A DNA stretch of 62,835 bases, filler included, from Globobulimina sp. (lineage: Eukaryota): the NCBI GenBank assembly GCA_003354225.1. It is 33 parts of 33 records of this genome, joined end to end, with 100 filler letters (N's around TTAATTAATTAA, not from the genome) between each part and the next. Parts side by side here need not be neighbours in the genome. Positions count along the whole stretch, not along the records: positions 22,897 to 24,704 come from PIVH01011713.1; positions 24,805 to 26,612 come from PIVH01011714.1; positions 26,713 to 28,519 come from PIVH01011715.1; positions 28,620 to 30,426 come from PIVH01011716.1; positions 30,527 to 32,333 come from PIVH01011717.1; positions 32,434 to 34,240 come from PIVH01011718.1; positions 34,341 to 36,147 come from PIVH01011719.1; 26 more parts are not named here. One strand, 5' to 3'. The notes beneath the pieces are model-generated. The model was not told the DNA's origin, made no database searches, and saw only the letters and a program-made list of their open reading frames with translations. The position numbers and the translations under genes are program-made. This document shows, piece after piece, positions 22,897-34,574 of the stretch (positions are counted from its first letter, which is position 1; the number at the start of each line of letters is the position of its first letter).

Positions 22897-24704
22897 GCAT
22901 GTAGAGGTATTGTGATTGTTATTGTGTCTGTTTTTGTTGAAAATATAAATATAAAGAGTTTGTTAACGTTCTTCACGTTTGCGGGTAATGTCGGTAGGAT
23001 CCAAACCAAAGACTAAGATATAAATTATCAAAAGTTTATAATTACCTATTATTAATTTAACTAAACTTAGGATAAAAAATATCAAAGTCTTCGACCACCG
23101 AAAATGTTGGATCCTAACGGCATTTCCTTAACGGGATCTAACGTTTACCCCAACGTGTCTTAGACGGTTAACAAAATAAAGTTTTTCTGTGTCTTTTTTA
23201 TTTTTTAATTAAATACGTTTTTTATCGCATTATTCTATTTATTTTGACTGAAGCTTTTAAGTAACGTAGTATCTCACTGATTGTAGTGGTAGATATTTAG
23301 GATAAACGGTTTGAATAAACGCATAATTTAGATATTTATGAATGTATAGTATGTTATTATATTTATGAATGATCTAGATATTTATCAACGCATTATGTAT
23401 ATTTGTAAATATTTATTTGTATATATTTTGTAATGTATTACTGTTTCTAAACGTGATACATGAAACTATATAATATTGTATACATTAATAAATGCAAGTT
23501 ATTATTTCGATCGCAAATTTTCTTAATTGATTTGCTAAATTCAATATTCATTTTATTTAATATTATTTATTATTATTTAAGTAAGTAAGTAAGTAGGTTA
23601 TTTTATTTGATTTAATTTATTGCTATATTTATTTGAATCATTCTATTTGCTTCTGTTATTATTCTATTTGCTTCAAAAATATTTAATTATGTTTGACATA
23701 CTATTTATGTGTTTAAATATCTGATAATATATAATAATTAATATACTTGTACTTATTTCATACTGTTTTGCAAATAGATTTAAATAGATTTTGAGTGTTA
23801 AACTCACAAAATAATTAATAATTTATTTGCTTTAATGTGTGTTTACAAAATGAATGTGTTTAGAAAATGATGCTGCGTTTATTTTACTGCTAAAAATGAT
23901 TATTTGTTTCTGTCCATTCGTATTTGCTTCAGTCACACAATACTCTATATTAATATTGGTTGATCCCTAACGCTCAAACAAAAGTAAAGAGACCAATTAA
24001 AGTTGTTAAATGTTGTTACTAAAAACATCGTTTCATTTGCAAACTAGTTATTGGATGCATACGCATCAATTGTTGCTAACTTAGTACTGTATATACATAG
24101 TCGCAGTTGGGTTATTACAAATTCGAATCCAATTTGCAATGCTCCATCAAGTGTTGTTGTTAGGATAGGATAGTGTTGTTGTTATAATCAAGAACGATAT
24201 CTGAAAATCATAGCAAATTCTCTATGTAGTATATTGAAATATCAGCATTGTTTCAAGACATTTAATTTTATTAATTCAATTATTTTAACTCAAAAATATC
24301 ACAAAATATCATATGTCTCACATTACATTTTTACAATAATATTGTATTAATTGTTTGTTAGTATAGTTTGTATCAACAATCCAATGGAAATAATGGATAA
24401 TAATATGTGTTTAAATAAATTTTCGATAAAAATAAAAGAAATTTCGCAATATGTATTAGAAAATTTTATGGTTTTCTTCAAATCATGTTGAATATTACTC
24501 TGTTTAAAAATGCAAACTCCAATGCAAATTGCTATGGGTTATATTTCAGATTTATTTAATTATAAATCTTAATTGAGGTTTGAGGGCATGTAGAGGTATT
24601 GTGATTGTTATTGTGTCTGTTTTTGTTGAAAATATAAATATAAAGAGTTTGTTAACGTTCTTCACGTTTGCGGGTAATGTCGGTAGGATCCAAACCAAAG
24701 ACTA
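22897..24704. repeat. ORF-less AT-rich contig with a 119-bp terminal direct repeat (22897-23015 = 24586-24704): circular or tandem unit of 1689 bp
   Basis: Both contig ends carry GCATGTAGAGGTATTGTG...GGATCCAAACCAAAGACTA; no ORF of 60 aa or more in the track. Confidence 0.85.
22959..23175 (+). ncRNA. Putative structured RNA or DNA fold-back element of unknown class
   Basis: Nested complementary blocks TTTGTTAAC/GTTAACAAA, CACGTT/AACGTG, GGGTAA/TTACCC, AATGTCG/CGGCATT, TAGGATCCAA/TTGGATCCTA and AAGACT/AGTCTT, followed by T-runs. Confidence 0.5.
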
Positions 24705-24804
24705 NNNNNNNNNNNNNNNNNNNNNNNNNNNNNNNNNNNNNNNNNNNNTTAATTAATTAANNNNNNNNNNNNNNNNNNNNNNNNNNNNNNNNNNNNNNNN
24801 NNNN

Positions 24805-26612
24805 TCAATGATAAGATATAGAGTTTCGACATCAATAAAAGGATCTTTTTATCTCTATCTTCCTTAATATCAATGTTTAATTTCTCAATTTCTTTGTCAA
24901 TCTTCGTATTATGTTTGAATTTAATATTTATCCTTTCGTGGTGTATGCCATTACGCAGCAAAGTAATGACTTTCCCGTAGCCGCTCTTCTTATTTATAAA
25001 TGTTTGATAGTTCTTAACTTTGACCGTTGCATTTGCTTCATTGTCATCATAAAACTTATACGTTTCTTGCAATAATATTATGTCCGGCTTTTTTGTAACA
25101 ATTATGAAATGTAAATGCGTTCTAACATTAATTGAGAAGCCATCCACGTTCCATTGACATACTAATAGCCCCTTCTTGCGACTTAGAAGCATATCATTTC
25201 TTAAATCATAATCGTCTTCAATCTCATCTAAAATATTGTCACTGTCTTCAAAAACATTCGTTTCTTCCGTAGAAACGTTCGTTTCTGCAATAAAATCAAT
25301 TTTTATCTCATTACATTTGTCGTTTTCGTTACTTTGTTTGTTTGAGCTTTCGCCCAAATTCTCGTTATAAAATTGTGTGCAATCAAACAAATCATCGTCG
25401 TCATGCATAATATGCGTATTATTACAATTCTTCTCATTTAAAACAATATCCTCATCGCGGGAGAAGTCACCGCAATGATTCTTAAAATGACTGTGTGTTT
25501 TCTTGGGGTCATTCATCATAGATTAGAATGTAAAATTTGATGATTCGGCCCCGTTTTTATTCATATTATATTGAGAAATGTTATAGTTCTCAATCCCAGA
25601 CAGTTTAACTCCATCTGGGTGTTTCTTATAAATGCTGCCACTGTCAATTAACTTGTATGCGATGCCTTCATTCCATCCGCAATAAGTCAGGATTTTATTT
25701 GCCTCTTCAAAGGTGACTATGGCGCCATTTTTCTGATTCATTCTCAATATCAAATTCTCAATTTTCTCTTTTTGGCGTTTCTTCTCAAAGACGGCATTGC
25801 TAAATAAGGGGTTTTGCTTATTTCCATTGTTGTTGTTATTAGTAACCCCTTTATCAATTTCGTCTATCTTTTCTTCGCTCTGCTTGTTTGACTGTGCGTT
25901 TTCTGCCATATTTGTGTCTGCGTCATGTTGAGACAAATATGGTGTTTCTAGATTTAATTCGTGCATTAAATCGTCAATAATGTGCTGTTTAAAAGTCTCT
26001 AAATCATCATTCCATTTCGCGACGATCGCCTTCCAATCTGTCAATAATATTTCTCCGTTTTTATCGTTTTTGTATCTTTTTTTTAATTCTATTTTTATAT
26101 TCTTGTTATAATTACAGGTATTTATATGCCATACAATCGGTTTGTTAATGCCTGTGACTATTTCTTTGTTCTTAAATTCATCCAATTTACGTTTATTTGA
26201 CCATACAATTCTTTTGTTTCTTGGTGCATTTGTTTCAAATGCCGACCAATAGACTTTCTGCCCTGCAACTTTTCTAATTTTCTGATGCATCCATTCTAAA
26301 TCAATAATTCCCGACGACGTTAATAACAGAGATTGACTTATTTTCTTCGATAAATCTCCAAAACGTTCGCACGTTATTTTAAATCCTTGATATTGTTGAT
26401 TCACAGCAACTAATATCTCTTTTGCAGCGCGATCGTCTTCAAACGCTCTGCTTACATTAAATTTGGGTGTAATGAAGGCATTGTTGCACACATATTTGTA
26501 TAAACGCGGTGCTTCATATCGTCTTCGACTAATACTTATATTGAATTCCGTGCCCAATGCACGTCCAAATGCAAAATCCCTTCGACTTCGTAGGTCTTTC
26601 AATCGGCACATA
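24805..26612 (-). mobile_element. Non-LTR retrotransposon fragment: ORF1 (26612-25523) and ORF2 start (25519-24805) with APE endonuclease
   Basis: LVCQWNVDGF..KKPDIILLQETY APE motifs; ORF2 ATG 3 nt after the ORF1 stop; intronless. Confidence 0.7.
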
Positions 26613-27134
26613 NNNNNNNNNNNNNNNNNNNNNNNNNNNNNNNNNNNNNNNNNNNNTTAATTAATTAANNNNNNNNNNNNNNNNNNNNNNNNNNNNNNNN
26701 NNNNNNNNNNNNTTCATCCAATCACAGAGATGGCCATCGGATATGACAATGATAACTGTTTTGTAAATTCGAATCGATATATATTAAGAGATAATTTGTT
26801 GAAGCGGAAATTTGAAAATATTACTCATGATAATGCTAATGCTAATCCTAACAAAATAAAAGTCATTATATTCTGAGATTGATCATGAATTGTTTGTAAT
26901 AATTTATGTTTGTGGTTATAAGCCGATCAGTTTCCAAAAAAATTACGATAATATTTTTTTCACTTGTTCTGCACCATAATATTTGATAAAACAAATAAAC
27001 CAAATGTGAAGAATTAAACATAAAAAATTGAACGAGAAAAAAAAAACACAATTATGCATGCAATAAATAATTCTGACAAAAACAAAAACGTTAACGAATT
27101 TCAATAATCATCATAATTAAAATAAACCATATTG

Positions 27135-28508
27135 TCATAAATGAAGAGCTGTCAATCCATAATATTCATTACTTGAATTATTTGGATAAAAGGAGGAATA
27201 CAACAAACCAAAATGTTTTTTTCTTGCTTTCGTACACGACGCATAAAACAGAGATTTGCTATGAATTAAAATATTATTATTATGCTTTTGTGACTGTCGA
27301 ATGTCCATAGACTCCAAATACACATTATACTGCAAATCAATCCCAACCAAAAACAGAATATTTGGGTTACTTTGTGAAACCCATAGATTTTGTAACCGAT
27401 TATACGGTGAATTCAAATCCATTTTTAACATATACCATTGATCCACATTGATATCATAACATTCAATGCCATCCTTAATATCCTCTCCGCCAATGATGAT
27501 TTTATGATATTTATCATGGTACACACAACAACTATTTTGCCGTGCGGATTGCATACATTTTAGCCATATCGATCTATCACAATTCAATGCATACAACTCA
27601 CCATAATTCACCTTCTTTCCTTGCCGATGTCCGCCTAAAATGGCTATAAATTTATCCTCCACCATAGTCGCACAGGTATTGAAGCGCATTCTTTTCAAAT
27701 TCCGGCTGTGAACATTCCATTTCCATTCATTGCAATCCGTGTCTGAGTCGGATAAATTCAATGAATACAATAAGTTATAGTTACATTCATCATATTCATG
27801 TCCGTTGTGTTGCGCTGTTAAGCCATTCATAGCATATAAGATTTGGTTATTTGTGTTGTAGACAATGGAGGGATTGGAGGTAGGCTGTGGGAATTGTGGC
27901 AATTCAAAGTTATACGCATGCGAATAGCGATGGATGTCATCGTAGACACAGCAGCGATTAAATGCAGTTAAATGACACTCATTGGATTGCTTATAGTTAT
28001 TATAACCGCCAATGGAGATTATTAAGGACCAATTGGAGGAGGATAGATTTTGTTGATAATCATCATATTTCTCAAGCAAATAATTGTTTTTCTGTAAGTG
28101 GAAAGGTAATGAGACATGATTTATGATGCATTGTCCGGGGTTTTTGCGATTCCATTGTTGGATTATATCTTTTTTGTCCAATTTCTTTTGTTTAAAGTTA
28201 TTGAAATTCGGATCTGCAAAAATGATCCGTTGTTTGTACAGTTTTTGTTTGGAGATGTTAAATAGTTTCATAATCTCATATTGCGATGAATTGGTTTCGA
28301 TGGAGACTAGAAAAGTGTGGCTGTCTAAACCATAAAATGTATAATAAATTATTATTAAGTTGATAATGTCAGCTGGGATACACAATACGTTCGACGAATT
28401 TCTTTCTGATGAGGAGATCCATGAAATATAATCGCTGTTAGAACATGATAGACTGACAAATCCATGGATTAGTAATTCTAAATTAAACCGCCGTGGGTGC
28501 GCATTCAT
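27135..28508 (-). CDS. Kelch-repeat protein with an N-terminal LLIHGF..IPADIINLIIIYY motif
   Basis: IGGY, LGGH and IIGG..ECYDINVDQW kelch repeats. Confidence 0.7.
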   Translation of the reverse strand: MNAHPRRFNLELLIHGFVSLSCSNSDYISWISSSERNSSNVLCIPADIINLIIIYYTFYGLDSHTFLVSIETNSSQYEIMKLFNISKQKLYKQRIIFADPNFNNFKQKKLDKKDIIQQWNRKNPGQCIINHVSLPFHLQKNNYLLEKYDDYQQNLSSSNWSLIISIGGYNNYKQSNECHLTAFNRCCVYDDIHRYSHAYNFELPQFPQPTSNPSIVYNTNNQILYAMNGLTAQHNGHEYDECNYNLLYSLNLSDSDTDCNEWKWNVHSRNLKRMRFNTCATMVEDKFIAILGGHRQGKKVNYGELYALNCDRSIWLKCMQSARQNSCCVYHDKYHKIIIGGEDIKDGIECYDINVDQWYMLKMDLNSPYNRLQNLWVSQSNPNILFLVGIDLQYNVYLESMDIRQSQKHNNNILIHSKSLFYASCTKARKKHFGLLYSSFYPNNSSNEYYGLTALHL

Positions 28509-28619
28509 AGAGTGATCTANNNNNNNNNNNNNNNNNNNNNNNNNNNNNNNNNNNNNNNNNNNNTTAATTAATTAANNNNNNNNNNNNNNNNNNNNNNNNN
28601 NNNNNNNNNNNNNNNNNNN

Positions 28620-28840
28620 TCCTTGTAATACTCCATTTATTAAATCGTATGCAGAATCAATGAAAGATTTATTTTTGATTGCACTCTTTGAATTATCATA
28701 TATTGCACATAAAATTTTGCAGAGGTTAGGGGAAATATTTTTATTTTTTAATAATTTAAAAACCAGACCTTTTCTCTATACAGTATCAAAAGCTTTACTT
28801 ATATCTAAAAAAGCGCAGTACAGTGGTTTTTTATTTTTAA
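28620..28840 (-). pseudogene. LINE reverse transcriptase remnant
   Basis: Manual translation KPLYCAFLDISKAFDTV*RKGL..NGVLQG, with an in-frame TAG at the usual Trp position. Confidence 0.75.
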
Positions 28841-29241
28841 TTATCAATGAGCGAATGTACAACATCTAAACAACCATCGTAGTATTCGTGGTTGCCTGTA
28901 ATTAGTATGACATGCTTGAATTTGCGCGAACAATCTTTAATAAATTCTTTGTATTCTTCAGATGCTGGGCGTCCAATATCACCCAGTAATGCTAAAATAG
29001 GCGCTTTAACCTCAATTTTGGGCATTTTATTGAATGCATTTGGAAATTCCAAGTGAATATCTGATGCAATTTGTATTGCATTTTGAATGATTGTAATTCG
29101 TTCTTGTTTTTCTTCATTTGATATTTTAGATTCTGATTCCGTTTCAACTCCTTGTTTTTTGTCCTTTCTTTCTTTGAAATAAGATCTCAATAAGTCTTTT
29201 TTGAAAAGATCTCTCTGTGCCATGCATGCAGTCAAAATCAA
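28837..29241 (-). CDS. Calcineurin-like metallophosphoesterase, N-terminal fragment
   Basis: IASDIHLEF, LLGDIG and TGNHEYY motifs; ends abruptly at the RT remnant. Confidence 0.75.
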   Translation of the reverse strand: MILTACMAQRDLFKKDLLRSYFKERKDKKQGVETESESKISNEEKQERITIIQNAIQIASDIHLEFPNAFNKMPKIEVKAPILALLGDIGRPASEEYKEFIKDCSRKFKHVILITGNHEYYDGCLDVVHSLIDN

Positions 29242-29629
29242 AAATGTGTTGTAAATGCCAAAAACAGATTGTTGTTTTTAAGTACATATAAAAGTACAAT
29301 TGACTACTGCCAATTAAGTTCGGAGCTTAAACAATCAAAAGCATGTCACCTTTACAGTCACTTCTAGCCGAGATTGGATTTTTAAACTACGATAGCGGTT
29401 TACATACGAAACATCTATGCAATATAAGCATATGCTATCTTTGTTTAAAAGCAGTCTCAAAAACAACAGGCGATTTTGCAATAAAAATAAAAAAAAAAAC
29501 AAAAAATAAAATAGTATATATAGTTATTACACGTCGTGTGGAGCATATTGGGATGGATTTAAATCATTATTACCAAACCATATTTTATTATTTTATTATT
29601 GGAGTTATTTGGGACTTGGAGAGGTCAGC

Positions 29630-30040
29630 ATATTGTCATTGAGGCCTCCTTGATCCAGGCGAGCTTAATGGATTGGGACGACAATCAACCGATGGATTCT
29701 AAAAACGAGTCCGATGTGGATGACAACCAAGAATATAATGACCCGGCAGATGGAAAAGGCGCATTTTTCATCATTGATGTTGGCGGTCAAAAATCTGAAC
29801 GCAAGAAATGGATCAACTGTTTCAACCAAGTGACTGCCGTAATTTTCGTGGCCAGTTTAAGTTGTTACGATGAAGTGTTATATGAAGATTACAGCACAAA
29901 CAGTATGACGGATCAATTGGAATTATTTGATAAAATCTGTAACACCGACGCGTTGAGCGAGACGTCAATGATATTATTCCTAAACAAAAGTGATTTATTT
30001 GCGGATAAAATCGTAAATGTCCCTTTAACAATTTATGGCG
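29630..30040 (+). CDS. Heterotrimeric G-protein alpha subunit, internal fragment
   Basis: [47 protein letters not shown]-loop and normal C-terminus absent. Confidence 0.9.
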
Positions 30041-31054
30041 ACGGCAAATTAAAACATGTAAACAAATGGAATGCGAAAATAATATCGTTATTGGCAGATT
30101 CTTTTTTTCTTGGAATTTGTCAGAAAATTATTTTAATTTTATCCTGTGATGATAACCAATTTTTGCGTACGATCCGAACAGAAAATTCTGGGATGCTGAC
30201 CACAAATTATATGCCTGCGTTGCTTTGATTTTATTGGATTTTATATCCCTATTTGTGCCAAAAGGAGGAAGAAGAAGAAGAATTCGAAGGAGAGCCATGC
30301 GCATTTTCCATCGCTTATGTCGCTCCATATATGTCTGCCTTCACTGTGATGCAATGTTTTATGTTGATTTCATCAGAGTTTGTGTCGTCTAATGTACGGC
30401 GTCTAATTTATTGTGATGATAGCTTANNNNNNNNNNNNNNNNNNNNNNNNNNNNNNNNNNNNNNNNNNNNTTAATTAATTAANNNNNNNNNNNNNNNNNN
30501 NNNNNNNNNNNNNNNNNNNNNNNNNNTATTTTCTAGGCTTTCTTCTTGTTTTAAAGGCGGATTTCTTTGTTCGACTGTTGTCATGATGCTAATTGATTGT
30601 TGTTAGATTTCTCTTTATTTCTACGAAAGAAAGTAAAAGATGTGACAACTGACGGATTAAATTGACAAAATGGAGAGCTAAGTAAACTTAAAGTTTTTTT
30701 TAATTATTTATTTGTTAATGCATTTGTCAAACGAAACCAGAGAAAAAAATCAAAAAACCACCAAGAGTGTGATGCTGCAAAATCAAAACCAGAATATTTA
30801 ATCAAATACGTTTTTCGTTCTTTTGTTTTTAGTTAACGGACAATTGTAAGAACGTACAGTCTTGCGATATTCAGATCGAACATCGTTTATCAGATCAAAA
30901 AGAAAACTATATCAAAAGGAGTGTTTTTGTACGTTGAATATATTCATAATTTCAGATCGAACAATACGAAAATCACTAATAACTACACACATATCATACA
31001 CACACGAATAATGTATTATTAATAAATGAAACTGTTCCACCATCATCCATACAA

Positions 31055-32333
31055 TCACAGTGTCATTTCGCTATGACTCAACGTACTCTGTGCCATTTCA
31101 GTTGATCTGTGTGTTGTTACTTTTGTATGATAACGATTAAAAGTCTCAGTTGTTTGAAATCTATAGCTCGCATCATGCAAAGTCCATAAAATGTCAAGTG
31201 CCACATCATCAAAAACATGCAATAATTCCTGATTAGAACTTGTATATTCTTTCTCAAAAACAGAGTACAATTTATTGCGCATTTCACCAGATATATTAAT
31301 CGGATACATTGCTGCAACCATCACATACTTATTATATAACCCTTTCATTGCATTATAGATTGGCTGCTCTCTAAATTGCCCCTCCGATGATGTCAATATG
31401 TCGGTCATTACAACTCCAAATGGCAAACGTATATTAATTTCATTATTAAACTGCGTAGCGCACGCTTTGGAAAACAATGAATGTATTGACTCTTTTCGAT
31501 TTAATATACCGTTATATACATATTTACATTGCACCAATTCAGTAATAAATAGTAGCGATTCTGTGGCAAACTCAGTGATTAAATAGTTCATAAACAAACG
31601 AAATCCCATTTTATCGCTAATGATCTCAACTAATGGCGTATTAGTGTTAATATTTGTGTTTTGTGAGCTTTCTGTGAAGACCACATCGAAAGCGGTATTT
31701 CCCACCGGCGAATAATTATAATTTCGGGGTGGTTTCTTGGGAAAATGCATGAAATTTGCGCTCAGTTTTGATTTGATTGGAATCGATCGACTGATCCAAA
31801 AATTTCAAATTTCAGACATGTCCACATAATCATACCTGTTTTTTGTTGTTTTGTGAACAAATAAATAACGGATATAATGTGGAGGTTAATGCTAACAAAC
31901 TGTTGATAAAAACAGCATTAATGCTATAGGTTAAATATTCAATTCGGACAAAGTTTGTATTATTTTGGCCTTTAAAATAAAAAATAATTTCTTCAAATAA
32001 ATAAATGGTGAGAACTATCCATAAAACAATGTTTTGGAATTTAAATTCATTGCGAATACCAAATCGGTCAATGACTTTATTAGATTTACAAAATATAAGC
32101 AAGGCAATAAACAGCGGTATTGATACAAATGAAAAGTGAAAAATATGAATATATAAATTGTTATTCGCATTAATGAAAATTTGTAAGATTGGTCCAATGC
32201 ATATAAATAGTAAATACATTGGAAATAAAAGTTTGAATAAACGATAATTATTTGCATATTTGTGCTGATTTAAAATAAACCAATTTTCAGCATTTTTGCG
32301 ATTTATCCTTGTTTGCCATAATTTGGATGCGAA
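31055..32333 (-). CDS. Multi-pass membrane (7TM-type) RGS protein, 5' truncated
   Basis: TM helices with IDRFGIRNEFK, followed by RGS LVEIISDKMGFRLFMNYLITEFATESLLF..YPINISG..DASYRF. Confidence 0.8.
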
Positions 32334-32769
32334 NNNNNNNNNNNNNNNNNNNNNNNNNNNNNNNNNNNNNNNNNNNNTTAATTAATTAANNNNNNNNNNN
32401 NNNNNNNNNNNNNNNNNNNNNNNNNNNNNNNNNGGAAAAACTGATTTTTTCTGCTTAAAAACAGATTTTCCCGATAAAGCAAAAATGCCTAAAGGGCGTA
32501 CAGTATAACATATTAATAAAAAATAACAAACAAAAAAAATTATAAAAAAAAAAAAAACCAAACCCCTTAATATTCCAACAATACAATGTCTTTTCAATGC
32601 ATAATTATCAGCAAATCAGCTTTTAATGTTTCTTTGTTGAATTTGCACAATTTTAAAAAAACATTGATCATAAATATAGTACAATAATTTGAATATTCTT
32701 TATTAGTTTTAACGGCGAAATAAGTGTTAAATGATACAGTACAAAAAACATGTTCATAATAAACTTGTT

Positions 32770-34240
32770 TTAAAATGAATTTTTCCTTCGTTTTTTGGAA
32801 GGTGGTTCTCTTTGATTTTGCATCGCATTAAATTTTGAATGTTGAGCCATGGCATAAAACGGCCGTTTCTTATTACTCTCATATCCATTGCCGACATATG
32901 GATTGTTTTGATTACATCCATTCGGATTCATTTTGTTCATCTGCGAAAATCCATTATTTGCGTTGTTATAATTCCCGTTATAATTATTGCGATTTTTATG
33001 TCCCTGGTTCTTAAAATTTACATAACCATTATAATAATCATCATCGTCGTACATTTTATGCTGATATCCATTGTTCTGATGATTATAACTCCTGTTCCTG
33101 TTTCTATTTATCTTCCTATATCGCAAATTGTTCATATTCGCAGAATTGTACACAATTAACGGCGACCCGTTGGATCCCTGATGCATCGCCAAACATTTTA
33201 TAGACTTCAAAAACGACACAATGTTCAAATAGCCATATTCCTCGATGTTCAATTCGTGCGCAAACGTGTCGAAATACAGCTGTTTCAACTCGGTTTTGTA
33301 CACTTTCCGTTTGGTTTTCACCATTCGCGCCACATTCACTTTCAATACCTGTAACTCGCGCGTTTGGTCGCTGCACGTCGACGAGATGGAGGACACAGAG
33401 TCATGCGACGCCATGGAAACGCCCCGCATTCTCTTCACATTGTCCCTGTCCCTCTCCCTCTCCTTGCCATCGTAGCACACTTTGGACGATTTGTGCTCTT
33501 TTTGGCCTTTCCTGGTCGGCGTCGACGCCGCTTTGTCTTTCTTGGAGGCACTCGATTTGTGCGTATGCTCTTTTTTAGTTTTCTTGTCTTTTTTGCTGTG
33601 AGTGTCCTTATGATGGCTGTGGCTGTTGTCTTTTATGCAGGTTTGGATCCAAATGGATCGATGGTGGAAATCGTTACATTTTCCATTCTCTTTTTCGGGG
33701 CATTTGCCGTATTCGACCCACGTATCGCATTCCACGCCGTCGTGGAAATGCGGACAGCTACGAAATGAATCGCAAACTTGCTTGTTTATCCAATCCGGAC
33801 ATTCGGAGATCTGCTCTTCATTGTCTTTGGCGGCGGGCTTATTTTGGGCCTTTGGCGGAGGTGGTGGTGGGATTAGATTTGCGGACTCTTTTTCCTTTTT
33901 GACGGTGCTTTTTTTGCTTTTTGTTTTGGATTTCTTTTTTGTTTTCGTTTTGGATTTACTTTTTTTGCTGTTATTGGTGCTCGAATCGGTGCTTTTTTTG
34001 TGCGATTTTTCGTGTTTTATTTTGTCGTGTTTTGCTTTGGAAAGTTTGCTTTTCTTCGATTTTTTGGGGGTGGATGTGGTGCTTTTTGTGGTTGCTTTGT
34101 TATCCTTAGATTTGGAGTCCTCTTTTTTTTGTTCATTGCCTTTGGGTTTAGGTTTAGATGCAGTCGCTGTATGGCCTGGTGTTGAGGTGGCGGATGTTGT
34201 GTTTTTTAATGCGTCCAACACAAAATCTTCCTGAATTTCA
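32770..34240 (-). CDS. Lys-rich protein with CCCH-like zinc fingers and a LOTUS/OST-HTH-like domain
   Basis: CDSFRSCPHFH and CDTWVEYGKC..CNDFH; ELKQLYFDTFAHELNIEEYGYLNIVSFLKSI. Confidence 0.6.
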
Positions 34241-34574
34241 NNNNNNNNNNNNNNNNNNNNNNNNNNNNNNNNNNNNNNNNNNNNTTAATTAATTAANNNN
34301 NNNNNNNNNNNNNNNNNNNNNNNNNNNNNNNNNNNNNNNNCTCCATTCTTTCACTGATTTATTCTTATTATTATAATATTTTAACGCAAATGCTAATCGT
34401 TGTAAATGTTGACAGTTATCGATAATATCAGTTGTTGTATGATGGCAATTCATCTCTGTTTGTTTGAATAACTTTTTATTAATTTCATTTGGTGTTTCTT
34501 GAAATGTCTCATTGACGCAAGCCATGTTCTTCTTCTTCCGACGTACTACTTATCACAAACAAAATCTGTCTACA

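Noticed and set aside
32839-34234. Hydrophobic + strand ORFs resembling membrane proteins
   Set aside because: Antisense read-out of Lys-rich codons of the minus-strand gene
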